From the NCBI GenBank assembly GCA_964016885.1, contig OZ024761.1, positions 2,356,001 through 2,420,000 of the forward strand: 64,000 nt of DNA, given 5' to 3'. The translations under genes were made by a program, and so were the position numbers. This document shows positions 62,696 to 64,000 of the stretch, in pieces; within the stretch, counting starts at the first letter, position 1; each line of letters begins with the position of its first letter. Below the pieces are notes generated by a model. That model worked only from the letters and a program-made list of their open reading frames with translations. It did not search any database and was not told the DNA's origin. Source of the stretch: Eledone cirrhosa. Its lineage: Eukaryota.

Positions 62696-64000
62696 TGACA
62701 TAGGCAGTGCCTTTCATGAGAAATATGGTAATGAAAGGGTTAATGACATAGACAGTGTCTTTCATGAGAAATATGGTAATGAAAGGGTTAATGACATAGG
62801 CAGTGCCTTTCATGAGAAATATGGTAATGAAAGGGTTAATGACATAGACAGTGTCTTTCATGAGAAATATGGTAATGAAAGGGTTAATGACATAGGCAGT
62901 GTCTTTCATGAGAAATATGGTAATGAAAGGGTTAATGACATAGGCAGTGTCTTTCATGAGAAATATGGTAATGAAAGGGTTAATGACATAGACAGTGTCT
63001 TTCATGAGAAATATGGTAATGAAAGGGTTAATGACATAAACAGTGTCTTTCATTAGAAATATGGAAATGAAAGGGTTAATGACATAGACAGTGTCTTTCA
63101 TGAGAAATATGGTAATGAAAGGGTTAATGACATAGGCAGTGCCTTTCATGAGAAATATGGTAATGACAGGGTTAATGACATAGACAGTGTCTTTCATGAG
63201 AAATATGGTAATGAAAGGGTTAATGACATAGACAGTGTCTTTCATTAGAAATATGGTAATGAAAGGGTTAATGACATAGACAGTGTCTTTCATTAGAAAT
63301 ATGGTAATGAAAAGGTTAATGACATAGACAGTGTCTTTCATTAGAAATATGGTAATGAAAGGGTTAATGACATAGGCAGTGCCTTTCATTAGAAATATGG
63401 TAATGAAAGGGTTAATGACATAGACAGTGTCTTTCATTAGAAATATGGTAATGAAAGGGTTAATGACATAGACAGTGTCTTTCATTAGAAATATGGTAAT
63501 GAAAGGGTTAATGACATAGGCAGTCCCTTTCATGAGAAATATGGTAATGAAAGGGTTAATGACATAGGCAGTCACTTTCATGAGAAATATGGTAATGAAA
63601 GGGTTAATGACATAGACAGTGCCTTTCATTAGAAATATGGTAATGAAAGGGTTAATGACATAGGCAGTCCCTTTCATGAGAAATATGGTAATGAAAGGGT
63701 TAATGACATAGACAGTGCCTTTCATTAGAAATATGGTAATGAAAAGGTTAATGACATAGACAGTGTCTTTCATTAGAAATATGGTAATGAAAGGGTTAAT
63801 GACATTGGTAGTGTCTTTCATTAGAAATATGGTAATGAAAAGGTTAATGACATAGACAGTGTCTTTCATGAGAAATATGGTAATGAAAGGGTTAATGACA
63901 TAGACAGTGTCTTTCATGAGAAATATGGTAATGAAAGGGTTAATGACATAGGTAGTGTCTTACATTAGAAATATGGTAATGAAAGGGTTAATGACATTAG
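62644..64000. repeat. 48-bp minisatellite (at least 28 copies, runs off the window) made of the MITE right terminus
   Basis: Unit TTAATGACATAG(A/G)CAGTG(T/C)CTTTCATGAGAAATATGGTAATGAAAGGG; period 48 (62692, 62740). Confidence 0.95.

Noticed and set aside
62628-63917. Repeat ORFs on both strands
   Set aside because: 48-bp satellite of a MITE terminus.

Overview
Repeat-saturated eukaryotic genomic DNA. The repeat repertoire (RTE LINEs with (GAT)n tails, tRNA-derived SINEs, TTAA-flanked MITEs, Penelope-like elements in (TA)n) resembles what I recall from octopod cephalopods; this is an inference, not a lookup. Most long ORFs in the supplied track are translations of tandem repeats. The only credible host coding sequence is the 3' end of a + strand gene: a terminal exon (21332-21776) encoding paraoxonase/SMP-30/strictosidine-synthase-like beta-propeller blades plus a hydrophobic C-terminus, and a phase-compatible Asn/Thr-rich exon that looks like a microsatellite (13844-14090). 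Other highlights: (1) three decayed Penelope-like retroelements plus separate terminal-repeat segments, together carrying seven type I hammerhead ribozyme motifs; (2) three non-autonomous Helitrons, one of 4.1 kb carrying a decayed multi-exon unit with repeated ~73-nt introns; (3) at least six minisatellite arrays amplified in place from internal pieces of TE relics; (4) an 11.4-kb 23-bp satellite with higher-order structure; (5) several perfect or near-perfect palindromes. All alignments, folds and coordinates were read by eye, so element boundaries are approximate unless a junction motif is quoted.
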